Below, piece after piece: positions 27,195 to 40,593 of a DNA stretch of 64,000 nt (position 1 is its first letter; every line of letters starts with the position of its first letter). The stretch is from Eledone cirrhosa (lineage: Eukaryota). The stretch is taken from positions 179,800,001 to 179,864,000 of the forward strand of contig OZ024742.1 of the NCBI GenBank assembly GCA_964016885.1, written 5' to 3'. The notes under the pieces were generated by a model that saw only the letters and a list, made by a program, of their open reading frames with translations, was not told the DNA's origin and ran no database searches. Position numbers and translations under genes: made by a program.

Positions 27195-27294
27195 AATATG
27201 TATATATATATATGTATATATATATATGTATATATATATATGTATATATATATATGTATATATATATATGTATATATATGTATATATATATATG

Positions 27295-27379
<85 letters not shown>

Positions 27380-27519
27380 TTTATATATGTATATATATAT
27401 ATACATATATATGTACATATATATATATATGTATATATATGTACATATATATATATATGTATATACATATATATATGTACATATATATATATATATGTAC
27501 ATATATATATATATGTATA

Positions 27520-27557
<38 letters not shown>

Positions 27558-27560
27558 AGA
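26910..27560. repeat. Compound (TA)n microsatellite with G/C interruptions
   Basis: Direct reading. Similar tracts at 6528-6745, 12711-13272, 20390-20731, 28285-29010 and 30220-31800. Confidence 0.98.
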
Positions 27561-27708
27561 ATTAAAATACTAGAGTGTGTTGGAGTTAAACACCCTCTTC
27601 ATATTATAGAAATGACAGTATAAGATATAGCTCAATGTAATTAAACAGAGCCGAAGAATTATAAAAAATAAACCAAAGAAGTCTTCAATACATCAAAAGT
27701 CTTTATTA

Positions 27709-27746
27709 GCCAACAATGTTTCGTCCTATTAAGGACTCATCAGGGC
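27709..27746 (-). ncRNA. Minimal hammerhead ribozyme
   Basis: Exact reverse complement of 28191-28228. Confidence 0.82.
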
Positions 27747-28190
27747 AAGTAAAGCTACAAGAAGGACAATCGGCCAATACAAGCCAAAAACTCAGAAGAA
27801 TATGGAGTATACATCTATTAAAGCCTAGGAAGGATATCAAGGAAGAGTTGGCTAAGATTAAGAGTGAGCAGTTATAAACATAGATATAGACCAAATAGCA
27901 AGGAAGAGATTAACATGTTGAACCCACATTGTAAATTTGTATAATGCAAAAACTTCGCATTATATTACCATTTGTGTCTCAAGTTCTTGCATTATACAAT
28001 ATTTACAATGTGGGTTCAACATGTTAATCACTTCCTTGCTATTTGGTCTATATCTATGTTTATAACTGCTCACTCTTAATCTTAGCAAACTTTTCCTTGA
28101 TATCCTTCCTAGGCTTTAATAGATGTATACTCCATATTCTTCTGAGTTTTCGGCTTGTATTGGCCGATAGTGCTTCTTGTAGCTTTACTT

Positions 28191-28228
28191 GCCCTGATGA
28201 GTCCTTAATAGGACGAAACATTGTTGGC
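28191..28228 (+). ncRNA. Minimal hammerhead ribozyme
   Basis: gcc CTGATGA GTCC-ttaata-GGAC GAAAC att GTT ggc then AATAAA. Canonical core and stem II. Confidence 0.85.
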
Positions 28229-28372
28229 TAATAAAGACTTTTGATGTATTGAAGGCTTCTTTGGTTTATTTTTTATAATTTTTATATATGTATATATATA
28301 TATATGTATATATATATATGTATATATATATATACATATATATGTACATATATATATATATGTATATATATG

Positions 28373-28403
<31 letters not shown>

Positions 28404-28806
28404 GTATATATATATATGTATATATATATATAGATATATATGTACATATATATATATATGTATATATATGTATATATATGTATATATATGTATATATATA
28501 TGTATATATATATGTATATATATATATATATGTATATATATGTATATATATGTATATATATGTATATATATATATGTATATATATGTATATATATATATG
28601 TATATATATGTATATATATGTGTATATATGTATATATATATATGTATGTATATGTATATATATATGTATATATATATATATATGTATATATATGTATATA
28701 TATGTATATATATATGTATATATATGTATATATATATATGTATAAATATATATATATATATATATGTATATATATGTATATATATATATATGTATATATA
28801 TGTATA

Positions 28807-28844
<38 letters not shown>

Positions 28845-29292
28845 CATACATATATATATATACATATATACATATATATATACATATATATACATATATA
28901 TATATACATATATATACATATATATATATACATATATATATACATATATATACATATATATATATATACATATACATATATATACATATATATATACATA
29001 TATATACATAAAGACTGTAAAAACTAGCTTATCTTTATAATTTAAAATTGATATACACTACGATACTTTGTACATGTCAACGCTTCATTTTGCCTTATGA
29101 CAGCTAGTTTTCACGCCGTAACATTAGATACATTATATACCCCCCACCTAAGTAATGTCAGGGTCTCCTTAAATAATTTATTGATAGCATTGTTGTAATT
29201 GTTGTTATTGTTCTAATTGAATGCCATTACTACTTCATATAGTAGCCTGTATTTTCTTTTCTTTTCTTGCCTGTGTATTTTCTTCATTCTCG

Positions 29293-29405
29293 CATGCTCC
29301 AAAGATCTGACTGGTTATAATTCTGTATTGACGATCGAGTAACGCAAAATTAAGCGGATAGCGATCTCTAGACATACCAGTTCAGTGAAACAAATGTAAG
29401 CTATG
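29293..29405 (+). ncRNA. Degenerate hammerhead remnant
   Basis: catgct CCAAAGA (core mutated) ctgactggt...accagttcag GAAAC AAAT GTA agctatg. Confidence 0.45.
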
Positions 29406-29972
29406 TGATTAAAAACTTTTTTGTATAGCAAACAATGTAAACCTTCTTTCCTGATTTATTATTACTCCAAGTGTTTACAACATAGGAATTACAGCATACC
29501 CGCAGCATCACCATGAAAACGCCTTGTTGAGTCAAACCAAGCCAAGCGTTAATATCATCCACTACCTGGAATACCATAACTGGACTTCACCTAAGTGGAC
29601 TGCATTTAACTATTATTTGTTAATCCGTATATATATATATGTATATATATGTATATATATGTATATATATATATATGTATATATATGTATATATATGTAT
29701 ATATATATATATGTATATATATGTATATATATGTATATATATATATAACAAACTATCCTCTTGCATTATCTATGTTAACTGCCGAATGTATTTTAATTTT
29801 GTTTTAATTTTGTTTTAATTTTAATTTTGATTTTAATTTTGAATTTGAATTGCTATACAGAAATAATATAGTATAATATATGTCACTCCACTGTACATCA
29901 ATATATACATATGTATCTGTATGTCTCTTGCGTTGGAAAGGAGGTCAATTATGTGTACAAACATTGAAAAAT

Positions 29973-30017
29973 GCTCTGAAGATACTAAGCCTAGGTTTGG
30001 ATGAAACAATTGTAAGT
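29973..30017 (+). ncRNA. Minimal hammerhead ribozyme
   Basis: gct CTGAAGA ta-ctaagc-ctag-gtttgg-at GAAAC AATT GTA agt then AATAAA. Palindromic ACAATTGT. Confidence 0.72.
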
Positions 30018-30253
30018 GAATAAATGCTTTGAACATAGCTTTGATTCTTGTGAATTCTATATAAATACTCTGTAGAACAACTGATGTTATTACATTGAGC
30101 TATTTATCTTACTGGTAATAAGGTAGTAATAAATTACTGACCTTCACTGTTTAGGCTTTAAAATATATATAACTATAAAAAGTTTTAGTATATACATAAC
30201 CATAAATAGCATCCTAAATATTATATACATATATATATACATATATATACACA

Positions 30254-30285
<32 letters not shown>

Positions 30286-30374
30286 CATATATATATATAC
30301 ATATATATATATACATATATATACATATATATTTATATACATATATACATATATATACATATATATTTATATAC

Positions 30375-30405
<31 letters not shown>

Positions 30406-30723
30406 CATATATATACATATATATATATATATACATATATATACATATATATATACATATATACATATATATATATATACATATATATACATATATATAT
30501 ACATACATATATATACATATATATATATATATATACATATATATACATATTTATATACATATATATATACATATATATACATATACATATATATACATAT
30601 ATATATATACATATACACATATATATACATATATATATATACATATATATATATACATATATATACATATATATATACATATATATATATACATATATAT
30701 ATATACATATATATATACACATA

Positions 30724-30759
<36 letters not shown>

Positions 30760-31302
30760 CATATACACATATCTATATACATATACATATATATATATAC
30801 ATATATATATATACATATACATATATATATATACATATATATATATATACATATACATATATATATATATACATATATATATATACATATATATATATAC
30901 ATATATATACATATATATTTATATACATATATACATATATATACATATATATTTATATACATATATATACATATATATATATATATACATATATATACAT
31001 ATATATATATATATACATATATATACATATATATATACATATATATAGATATATATATATACATATATATACATATATATATACATACATATATATACAT
31101 ATATATATATATATATACATATATATACATATTTATATACATATATATATACATATATATACATATACATATATATACATATATATATATACATATACAC
31201 ATATATATACATATATATATATACATATATATATATACATATATATACATATATATATACATATATATATATACATATATATATATACATATATATATAC
31301 AC

Positions 31303-31337
<35 letters not shown>

Positions 31338-31434
31338 CATATACACATATCTATATACATATACATATATATATATACATATATATATATACATATACAT
31401 ATATATATATACATATATATATATATACATATAC

Positions 31435-31483
<49 letters not shown>

Positions 31484-31591
31484 CATATACATATATATAA
31501 ATACATATATATATATACATATACATATATATATATACTTATATATATATACATATACATATATATATATACATATATATATATGCATATA

Positions 31592-31623
<32 letters not shown>

Positions 31624-31732
31624 CATATACATATATATATATACATATACATATATATATATACATATACATATATATAAATACATATATATATATACAT
31701 ATACATATATATATATACATATATATATATAC

Positions 31733-31793
<61 letters not shown>

Positions 31794-31932
31794 TATATCA
31801 ACTAGAAATTAATTGACATATAAATAAACAAGAAACAATCACAGGGATAATTTGTAATAACTAGGTAGGTAACTACTTAGCTATGTGTGCTTACACACTA
31901 TGTTTATTTATATGTCAATCAATTTCTAGTTG

Positions 31933-31978
<46 letters not shown>

Positions 31979-32048
31979 CAACTAGAAATTGATTGACATA
32001 TAAATAAACATAGTGTGTAAGCACACTATGTTTATTTATATAACTCAC

Positions 32049-32084
32049 CTTTTGAAAAGCAGAAGAACTGCGAAACCGGTAAGG
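32049..32084 (+). ncRNA. Minimal hammerhead with U3-A8 core variant
   Basis: ctt TTGAAAA gcag-aagaa-ctgc GAAAC CG GTA agg then AATAAA. Confidence 0.55.
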
Positions 32085-32153
32085 AACCAAATAAATATAT
32101 ATAATTTAAAAAAAAATAAGACTTCAGTTGCATTTTCGATTTCATCCCTTTTT

Positions 32154-32261
<108 letters not shown>

Positions 32262-32468
32262 GTATATATATATGTATACATATATATATATATGTATATA
32301 TATATATATGTATATATATATGTATACATATATATATATATATGTATATGTATATGTATATATATATGTATATGTATATGTATATATATATATATAAACA
32401 ATTAAGTTAGTCATACAAAAGTGAGTTACAAACGAAACGAAATTTAATTTCGTTTCGTTATTTGTTTT

Positions 32469-32535
<67 letters not shown>

Positions 32536-32635
32536 ACATATATATTTATATATATATATATGTATATATATATATTTATATATATATATATGTATATATG
32601 TATATATATATTTATATATATATATATATGTATAT

Positions 32636-32687
32636 ATAAGTATGTATGTATACGTACATACATATATGTATACAGACGTACAGTAGC

Positions 32688-32727
<40 letters not shown>

Positions 32728-33090
32728 GTACATATATATATATGTACGTATCAGTTTAGCGAACGCTTATTATAACGCACGCTTTGAACTGAACTCACTC
32801 TGAACTGAACTTACTCGATATGCAAATTAGGCTGCTCAGCCGTTAATTTTCATAAGGAAAGTATATACTTTCGAACGTTCAACCATCTGGCAGAATTGTA
32901 TACGGTGTTGACGATAGCTAACAAGCTTGAAACTAGTACATCGTTCCTGTGTCAGTGTTGAACAAAAAGATGACGTGGTTGCCTTAACACCGTACGGCAT
33001 AAATCAGGCTGTCCGTTTGTTTACAAACGGACAAAGCGAGCGTTATAATAAACGTTCGCTAAACTGATACGTACATATATATATGTGTAC

Positions 33091-33158
<68 letters not shown>

Positions 33159-33266
33159 TACTGTACGTCTTTATACATATATTTACGTATACATACATAC
33201 TTACATTTAAGTAAGTGTCGTACTAAGAGTGAGAAATGAAATTTCGTTTCATTCTATTCCAATTTA
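32636..33266. mobile_element. Further island of the 14137-15230 family, fold-back, with HHR at 32902-32944 (+)
   Basis: acggtg TTGACGA tagctaacaagctt GAAAC TA GTA catcgt. Inverted arms 32636-32785 / 33030-33205. Confidence 0.85.
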
Positions 33267-33290
33267 TGTATATATATATATTTATATATG

Positions 33291-33327
<37 letters not shown>

Positions 33328-33367
33328 GTATTTATATGTATATATATAGATGTATATATATATATAT

Positions 33368-33712
33368 GGAGGCACATGGCTTAGTGGTTAGAGCATTGGC
33401 CTTGCAATCGAAAGGTTGTGAGTTCAATTCTCAGACCGGGTGATGTGTTGTTTCCTTGAGCAAGACACTTTATTTCACATTGCTCCAGTTTACTCGGCTG
33501 TAGAAATGAGATGATAGGGACTGGGGTGCAAATCATTCCACTGCAAAGTGGTCGTGTTGGTGCCATGGCAAAAAAAAAGCACCCAGCACTGTAAATGATA
33601 TTGGTGTTAGGAAGGGCATCCAGCTGTAGAAATCAAGCCAGAATCAGTTCCCGTCCCACCCTTGCAAGCTGGGAAAAAGCGGACGTAAAATGAAATGATG
33701 ATGATGATGATG
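33368..33712 (+). mobile_element. tRNA-derived SINE (family 2) with RTE-derived 3' tail
   Basis: A-box TGGCTTAGTGG, B-box GAGTTCAATTC, ttgagcaagacactt body. Tail ggtgttaggaagggcatccagctgtagaaatcaagc...(GAT)n is shared with the RTE subfamily A 3' UTR. Confidence 0.88.
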
Positions 33713-33875
33713 ATATATATATATATATACATATATATATACATGTATATATATATACATATATATACATATACATATATATATACATATATATATATAT
33801 GATGGCTGCCCCCTCGTTATCGAGTATGGCCATTGCACGAGGAGAAAAAAAAATTAATAAATAAATAAAAAAGAG

Positions 33876-33928
<53 letters not shown>

Positions 33929-33979
33929 CATACATACACACACATATATATTAATAATAATAATAATAATAATAATAAC

Positions 33980-34465
33980 AATAATGATTTCTTTATTAAC
34001 CACAAGGGTTTACATAAAGTAGACATTAAGGACAGTGCAGGACAATGCAGGACGGTACAAATGGGCATTTCTGCGTGTAAAAAACAAAAACAGAGGATGT
34101 AACAAAAAATAACAATGAAAAATTCCCCAATAGGGGGGAGACTTCGGAGGGACATTTGTGGAGAAAGCCCAGTAAAAAGCCACAATGACCCTGACCACCA
34201 AGGCAAGTGCCCTCTCCCAGTTTTCCACCTTTAATTTACAGATATATGCTCAGAGTAGGCCCATTCACTCGGGCCATTCTTGCTTCTCTCACCCATCTTT
34301 CAACAAAATGCTGGGAAGAGAGCACTTCCCTCTCTACTCTGATTTTCCTCTTCAAATGAAATTTGAAAAAGTCAATCAGAGCATCACCGAAGAGGTAAGT
34401 GCTCGTCTTCAGCCCTTTCAAACGTGTCCACCATACTATCTCTTTCGCCATGGCCACCAGGCAGA
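33980..34465 (-). mobile_element. L1/Tx1-like LINE 3' end
   Basis: AKEIVWWTR...FFKFHLKRKIRVER...FVERW resembles a Tx1/L1 ORF2 C-terminus, followed by a UTR and AATAAA. (TAA)n on both sides. Confidence 0.6.
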
Positions 34466-34573
34466 TAATAACAATAATAATAACGACAACAATAATAATA
34501 TACATATACATATATATATACACATACACGCACACACATAAACATATCTATACACACACACACATGATAGCAA

Positions 34574-37405
34574 CTAATAGCACTGCGATCGAATGTGGCT
34601 TTTTAGCCCAGCCAATGATCTAAAATATCTTGCACAGATTCGGCAACCCAAACATTCACTGGGAATAGTCGGCTGTGGTTGCAGTTCGTGTACTTTTGCA
34701 TGTCGCTTGAGCCCTCCTGCTGATTTACATTCTCTACGACATGTTTGGCAAGCATGATGAGTAGCATCTCCAACAGCAGCCTGGTAGTCAACCACTGGTC
34801 TTACTTTATGACTGCGAAGATGACTTTCGAATCCAGCTTTGCTTAGGCAGAGTCTCGCACAGACGTTGCATGTCAGCACCATAGGAGGACCCTCGCCATC
34901 TGGAAGTGCAACAGCAATGCCCTTCCTCACATCCCGCTTTACTTTCTCGTGTGCGATTCGAGATGCCTCAAAGGCAACTTTTCCCTCATATACAGTCTTT
35001 CTCCATTTATTACGATCAGCAGCAATATTTTCCCATGTATCAGCAGAGATGTTAGCGTCTTTCAGAGAGGTTTTCAAGGAATCCTTATACCTCTTTTTTG
35101 GTTTATATGGCGGTCGTTTTCCTTTAACCAACTCTCCATAGAAGAGTTGTTTTGGTATTCTAGAATCCTTCATCGTGGCAAGGTGACCACTCCAACAGAG
35201 TCGTTGCTTAAGCACAAGAGCTTCTATACTGTCACACATAGAGCTTTCCAAAATCTCGACATCACTGATGTGGTCCCTCCAGTGAATGCCATGGATCCGT
35301 CTGAGCCACATCTGATGGAAACGCTCTAATTGCTTAAGGTGGTGTCGATATGTGACCCAAGTCTCACAGGCACAAAGAAGACAATAGAGCACACATGCCC
35401 TGTACACCTTTACCTTTGTCCTCCTGCATATGTCTCGCCGACCCCAGAGTCGCCTTTCTAGCTTTCCGAAAGCATCCCTTGCTTTCCTAATCCTAAGTGA
35501 GATTTCACTGTCAAGGTCGCCGTATCGATTGTCAGTGCTTCCCAGGTAGACAAACTGATCAACCACTCCAAGTCGTTTGCCATACACATAGATATTTGGT
35601 TCAGTGTACTGCTTACTAGGGGCAGGTTGGTACATGACGACGGTTTTCTTGAGACTGACAGTCAATCCTAGGGCAGTGCTAGCGTCAGAAAATGCATTCA
35701 AAATGTGCTGCATATCACTCTCTGTGTGCGCTACAAGATCGCAATCATCTGCATACAAGAGGTCTCTTATGATTGATGTAAATACTTTTGTCTTTGCAGC
35801 AAAGCACCTGATGTTAAATATGCTGCCTGAGGTTCGATACCGGATGTAAACACCATGCTCGCAATTCCTGAATACAATATAGAAAACCATTGCAAAGTAT
35901 ATGGCAAACAGAGTCGGTGCTGGAATATCCCCCTGTTTCACTCCAGTTTTTACTGAGATAGGCTCCAACATGTTATCTTCGACATTAACCCAAGCCTTCA
36001 TGTCGTCATGGAAAGACCTAACTAAAGCAAGGAACTTATCAGGGCAACCAAGTTTCTGGAGAACCTTCCATAATGTATCTCTGTTAACAGTATCGAAAGC
36101 TTTTGTCAGATCGACAAAAACCTGATACAGATCCAAGCCTTGTTCCATCACTTCTCCGGGAGCTGTCTAGCTGAGAAGATCATATCAGTAGTGCCACATC
36201 CAGCACGAAAACTAGATTGACTTTCAGGAAGAACACAATCTGCAATGTGTGTCAGCAGACGGTCCAGAAGCACCCTACATAAAACTTTCACTATGACAGA
36301 AAGCAATGATATACCTCTGTAGTTCCCACAATCATTCCTGTTACCCTTTCCCTTGTACAAGACCACCATTACTGCATCTCTCCAGTCCTCAAATACGGAT
36401 TCATTAGCCTATATCCTGCCAAACAAAGAGTGAAGATGTTGCAGGAGTCTCTCACCACCATATTGTAGGAGCTCAGCATGTATGCCATCCATACCTGGAG
36501 ATCTTCCACTGTTCAGCTTCGAAATAGCCACTGCAACCTCCACAAGTGTCGGAGGTTCTGCGAGAGCTACTTTCACAGGACTTTCTGGAATGAGATTGAG
36601 GAAATCTTCACTGACGACAGACGGCTGATTCAAAAGATCATCAAAGTGCTCTCGCCACCTTCGTAGAATTCCTTGTGAGTCACGAAGAAGTTCTTTGCCA
36701 TCCTTGCTGCGAAGCGGTGTCACCAGAGAAGAAGACGGTCCATAAACCTCACGCAAGAGACTGTACAACAGCTTTGTGTTATTTGAATCTGACGCAGTTT
36801 GTATCTCACCAGCCTTCTCACTCCACCACTTATCCTTCATCTGAGAAAGACTCCGCCTAACACGTGATTTTACATTCTTGAGTTCCTCATGCAACGTATT
36901 CCTCTCCTGTGGTTTTGCCGTCAAGTAGCGTGACAGAGCACGCCTCTTATCAGCCAACAAGTCTTCTATATGTACATCATTCTCATTAAACCAGTCCTGA
37001 TGTTTTCTCTGTAAACAATCCCAGAACACGCCTGCCTACATCATAAACCGACTTTTTAAGGGTCGGCCAATCCTCACCAAGATCTGCAGCCTGCATCTCT
37101 TCTTCCAATGTCCTCTTCACATTTTTATCCTTAAGACGAGCAGCATTCAATCTTTTGGGCAGGGCAACACCAGGAGCCCAGATTTTACGTTTAGTGATTA
37201 GTTTCACTTTTGCGCGTACCAGGAGGTGGTTCATCCAGCACTCAGCTCCACGAAGAGCACGAACACACTGCACATCCTGTCTGTCACGCATCCTGACTAG
37301 GACATAGTCCAAAATATGCCATACCTTAGTTGCAGGATGCATCCATGTGGTCTTGAATTTGTTCTTTTGTTGGAACATGGTGTTGGTAACACACAGATCC
37401 AGCTC
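34574..37405 (-). mobile_element. RTE (BovB-like) LINE, frameshifted, with C-terminal C2H2 fingers
   Basis: TWMHP..WHILDYVL, NYRGISLLS, DLTKAFDTV, GVKQGD..PTLF, YADD, YLGS, ETW, PKQLFYGEL, then three CxxC-x7-G(L/F)xxH motifs. Confidence 0.93.
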
Positions 37406-37523
37406 CTCACACATCTGCTCAAACATCTGCTCACACATCTCCTCACACATCTGTATATATATATATATACATATATATATACATACATATATTTATATAC
37501 ATATATATATATACATGTATATA

Positions 37524-37781
37524 TAGGAAGGGCATCCAGCTGTAGAAAACCCGCCAGACAGTCCACGCTGTAATGTGGCCGTGTAGGCAACACGGTAAAA
37601 ACCTCCCAGCCCCACACTGTAAATGTGGTTGCTGTTAGGAAGGGCATCCAGCTGTAGAAAACCCGCCAGATAGTCCTATGCGAGCAAGATAATCACTCTT
37701 GCCTCAAGTGGGAAAACCCCCATCCAAACCCATGCAAGCATGGAACACGGACGTTAAACGTTGATGATGATGATGATGATG

Positions 37782-37783
<2 letters not shown>
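37524..37783 (+). mobile_element. RTE subfamily B 3' UTR fragment with internal duplication
   Basis: aggaagggcatccagctgtagaaaacccgccaga occurs twice. (GAT)n tail. Confidence 0.85.
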
Positions 37784-37816
<33 letters not shown>

Positions 37817-37889
37817 GTTGTGTATAATGGTAGCTATGGTGCTTCCATAGGCGGTATGCCAAAATTAGCACTCGATATTCAGCAGAGTG

Positions 37890-38415
37890 GAATGTAGATA
37901 GTATAAAGAAATCGAAAAATCAGTGATGCATCTGGACTTAATTTATTGCGTGTTACAATTGTTTCGCCGGCAGGTAGCTCAAGACATGGTCCCTTTATGG
38001 ATCTGACTGACTCTATGGCTGCAGGTTCTTTCAGACACAGGTATTTCGTTCGGAGCAAATTTTATAGATACTGAACCCAGCATGACTTCATTGAAGTGTG
38101 CCGGACGGAAAATGGCTGATGACCCGTGTGGCAGTAAATACTCTTCAGAACTTGTGATGACGTGGAGTAAAAACTGCCAATGGCATGACAAGAGTGGAAG
38201 AGGGTTTTTGGAGGGTGTTTTTTGATGATAACACCCCAGTGATAAAATTTGCTCCGAACGAAATACCTGTGTCTGAAAGAACCTGCAGCCATAGAGTCAG
38301 TCAGATCCATAAAGGGACCATGTCTTGAGCTACCTGCCGGCGAAACAATTGTAACACGCAATAAATTAAGTCCAGATGCATCACTGATTTTTCGTTTTCT
38401 TTATACTTTATATAT
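37890..38415. repeat. Inverted repeat (about 170-bp arms) with an HHR-like motif in each arm (37950-38038 -, 38269-38357 +)
   Basis: gtgt CTGAAAGA (one extra nt) ... GAAAC AATT GTA acac then AATAAA. Palindromic ACAATTGT. Confidence 0.85.
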
Positions 38416-39159
38416 CTATCCAAAATTAAAATTAAGGGTTGTCATGTCTGAGAGACATGCGGCATATCCACCGTAGAATAAGCTCAAAGATTAGATCCGA
38501 GCATTACATATCAACTAGAAATAGATTGACATATATATATATAAAATAAACATATGAAACAATCACAGGGAATATATTTATAGATATATATTGTTGATAA
38601 AAAACTAAAAACAAAAAAAGTTGAAGGAATTCTAGAGAGAAATAAAGACAGACTTTTACGAGTGAATAAAAAATATTTGAAAGAATGATATTGGAATGGG
38701 TTTCTCTCTGTATTGGTGTGGAAAGTGTTTCCAGAGAAGCTGACTGAAAGTTTTACCTATAGATATTATTTTCGTTACCACAATTTTATCTTCAGAGTTC
38801 CTATATCTCTGGTACATCATACATTTTAATTTATTATTTTTAATAATATTTTATCATTATCAAATAGATTTACCGTTATTGTATATCATCTTTTATTGAA
38901 TGTTTCATCGGTGAGCACCTGTCAATGTTGCTGAACAAAACTAGCTAGATATTCATCTATTACATTCTTAAGCTGGCTGGAAGGATAATTCTCAGTTCAG
39001 TTGCAACCTCTATGCTATATTACCTGGGTAACCATTTCTTTTCATGTGATTATACGCATCAGCTTGTGCTTCATGAAGGAACCTATTAAATAATATTGTG
39101 TTCCCAGTTTTACCAAAATATTGCAGAGCAGAAGTTTTAAATTTCATGACAAAATGTCT

Positions 39160-39345
39160 TGCAGTATTTGTTAGAGAGTTAGCCAAATGTATTGCGGTAT
39201 TTGTTCAAAGGTTTTTATATTCTGAGTTCAAATCCTGCCGAGGTGATCTTTGCCTTTCATCCCTCTTGGGTTTTATAATAAAATATTGTTGATTTCTCTT
39301 CCTCTCAAATTGCATGCCTTATACCTAAATTAGAAAGCAATATTT
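39160..39345 (+). mobile_element. Old SINE family 1-like copy
   Basis: ctgagttcaaatcctgccgaggtgatctttgcctttcatccct...cctaaattagaaag. Weaker copies near 39955, 41200 and 42060. Confidence 0.6.
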
Positions 39346-39619
39346 GTTGTAGATCTTTCCATTCTAAGTTCTTGGATGGTAAACTTAATCTCTTGCTCAG
39401 ATTAACACCTACACCTGGTCCTTGGGGACATTGAACAGATGTCTTCCTGTTGCAAGCATACAGAACAGGGTTCTAGCATAAGAATACTTTTTGCCTTTAC
39501 TTCAACTAGTCACTGAAACCTGCAAAAAAAAAAAAATATATATATATATATACAGTATACACCACCCCACCCTCCCATACATCTCCCACAAGGTCAGTAC
39601 GGAGTAACATCCCGTGAAG

Positions 39620-39852
39620 CCCCCAGCCAACACTGCAAAGTGGTCATAATGGTGACATGAAAAAAAGCACCCAGTCTACACTGTAAAATGAGCGTGTTTG
39701 TGACATGACAAAGAGCACCCAGTACTCACTGTAAATGAGGTTGGTGTTAGGAAGGGCATCCAGTTGTAGAAACCAAGCCATTGGCCACAACAAGACAACT
39801 CATCTAACCCATGTTAGCATGGAAAATTTAACGAAAAACAGTGATGATGATA
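39620..39852 (+). mobile_element. SINE/RTE 3' tail fragment
   Basis: gcacccagtactcactgtaaatgaggttggtgttaggaagggcatccag...gatgatga. A weaker copy lies at 50480-50660. Confidence 0.7.
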
Positions 39853-40082
39853 TTCAGCCAGGGCTATGCAGTAAAAAACAGAAATATTTCTGGCAGGTGA
39901 TGTATAATTCTCCTTTAGCTCTGTATTCAGTTGTATATCAGTTCATATAGCAGCTAATTGGCAGAATCATTAGGGCATCGAATTTATGCCTCTGTATTTC
40001 TTCTGGCATACTGCATTCTGAGTTTTTATCCTGTCAAGGTGATCTGTGTTTCCAATCCTTTCAGGTGTATTGTAGGGGGGGG

Positions 40083-40593
40083 GGCAGATTTGTTAAAGAG
40101 TCAGGCAGGATGCTTTGCAGTATCTGATCTGACTCTATGCATAATAAGTTTGAATAATGTCTCCTTCTTGCAGAAGTTGTGACCAAAGGATTCTATCAGC
40201 GATAGAAAGACTAATGGAAACATTGTTTCCTTGGTCTGATCAGATGATTGGCAGGCAGATTTGTTAAAGAGTCAGGCAGGATGCTTTGCAGTATCTGATC
40301 TGACTCTGTGCATAATAAGTTCGAATAATGTCTCCTTCTTGCAGAAGTTGTGACCAAAGGATTCTATCAGCGATAGAAAGACTAATGGAAACATTGTTTC
40401 CTTGGTCTGATCAGATGATTGGCAGGCAGATTTGTTAAAGAGTCAGGCAGGATGCTTTGCAGTATCTGATCTGACTCTGTGCATAATAAGTTCGAATAAT
40501 GTCTCCTTCTTGCAGAAGTTGTGACCAAAGGATTCTATCAGCGATAGAAAGACTAATGGAAACATTGTTTCCTTGGTCTGATCAGATGATTGG
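40083..40593. repeat. Tandem repeat, 3 x 171 bp, nearly identical
   Basis: Unit start ggcagatttgttaaagagtcagg at 40083, 40254 and 40425. Confidence 0.95.

Larger units (their letters stand above)
27657..28280. repeat. Fold-back inverted repeat, about 295-bp arms
   Basis: Near-identical peptides on opposite strands (27706..27894 -, 28043..28231 +). Short spacer near 27955-27980. Confidence 0.95.

Noticed and set aside
33368-33445. tRNA gene candidate
   Set aside because: A and B boxes are present, but there is no acceptor stem and it continues into a SINE body.
40083-40593. Alpha-satellite identity because of the 171-bp unit
   Set aside because: Only the length coincides. No sequence resemblance or CENP-B box was seen.
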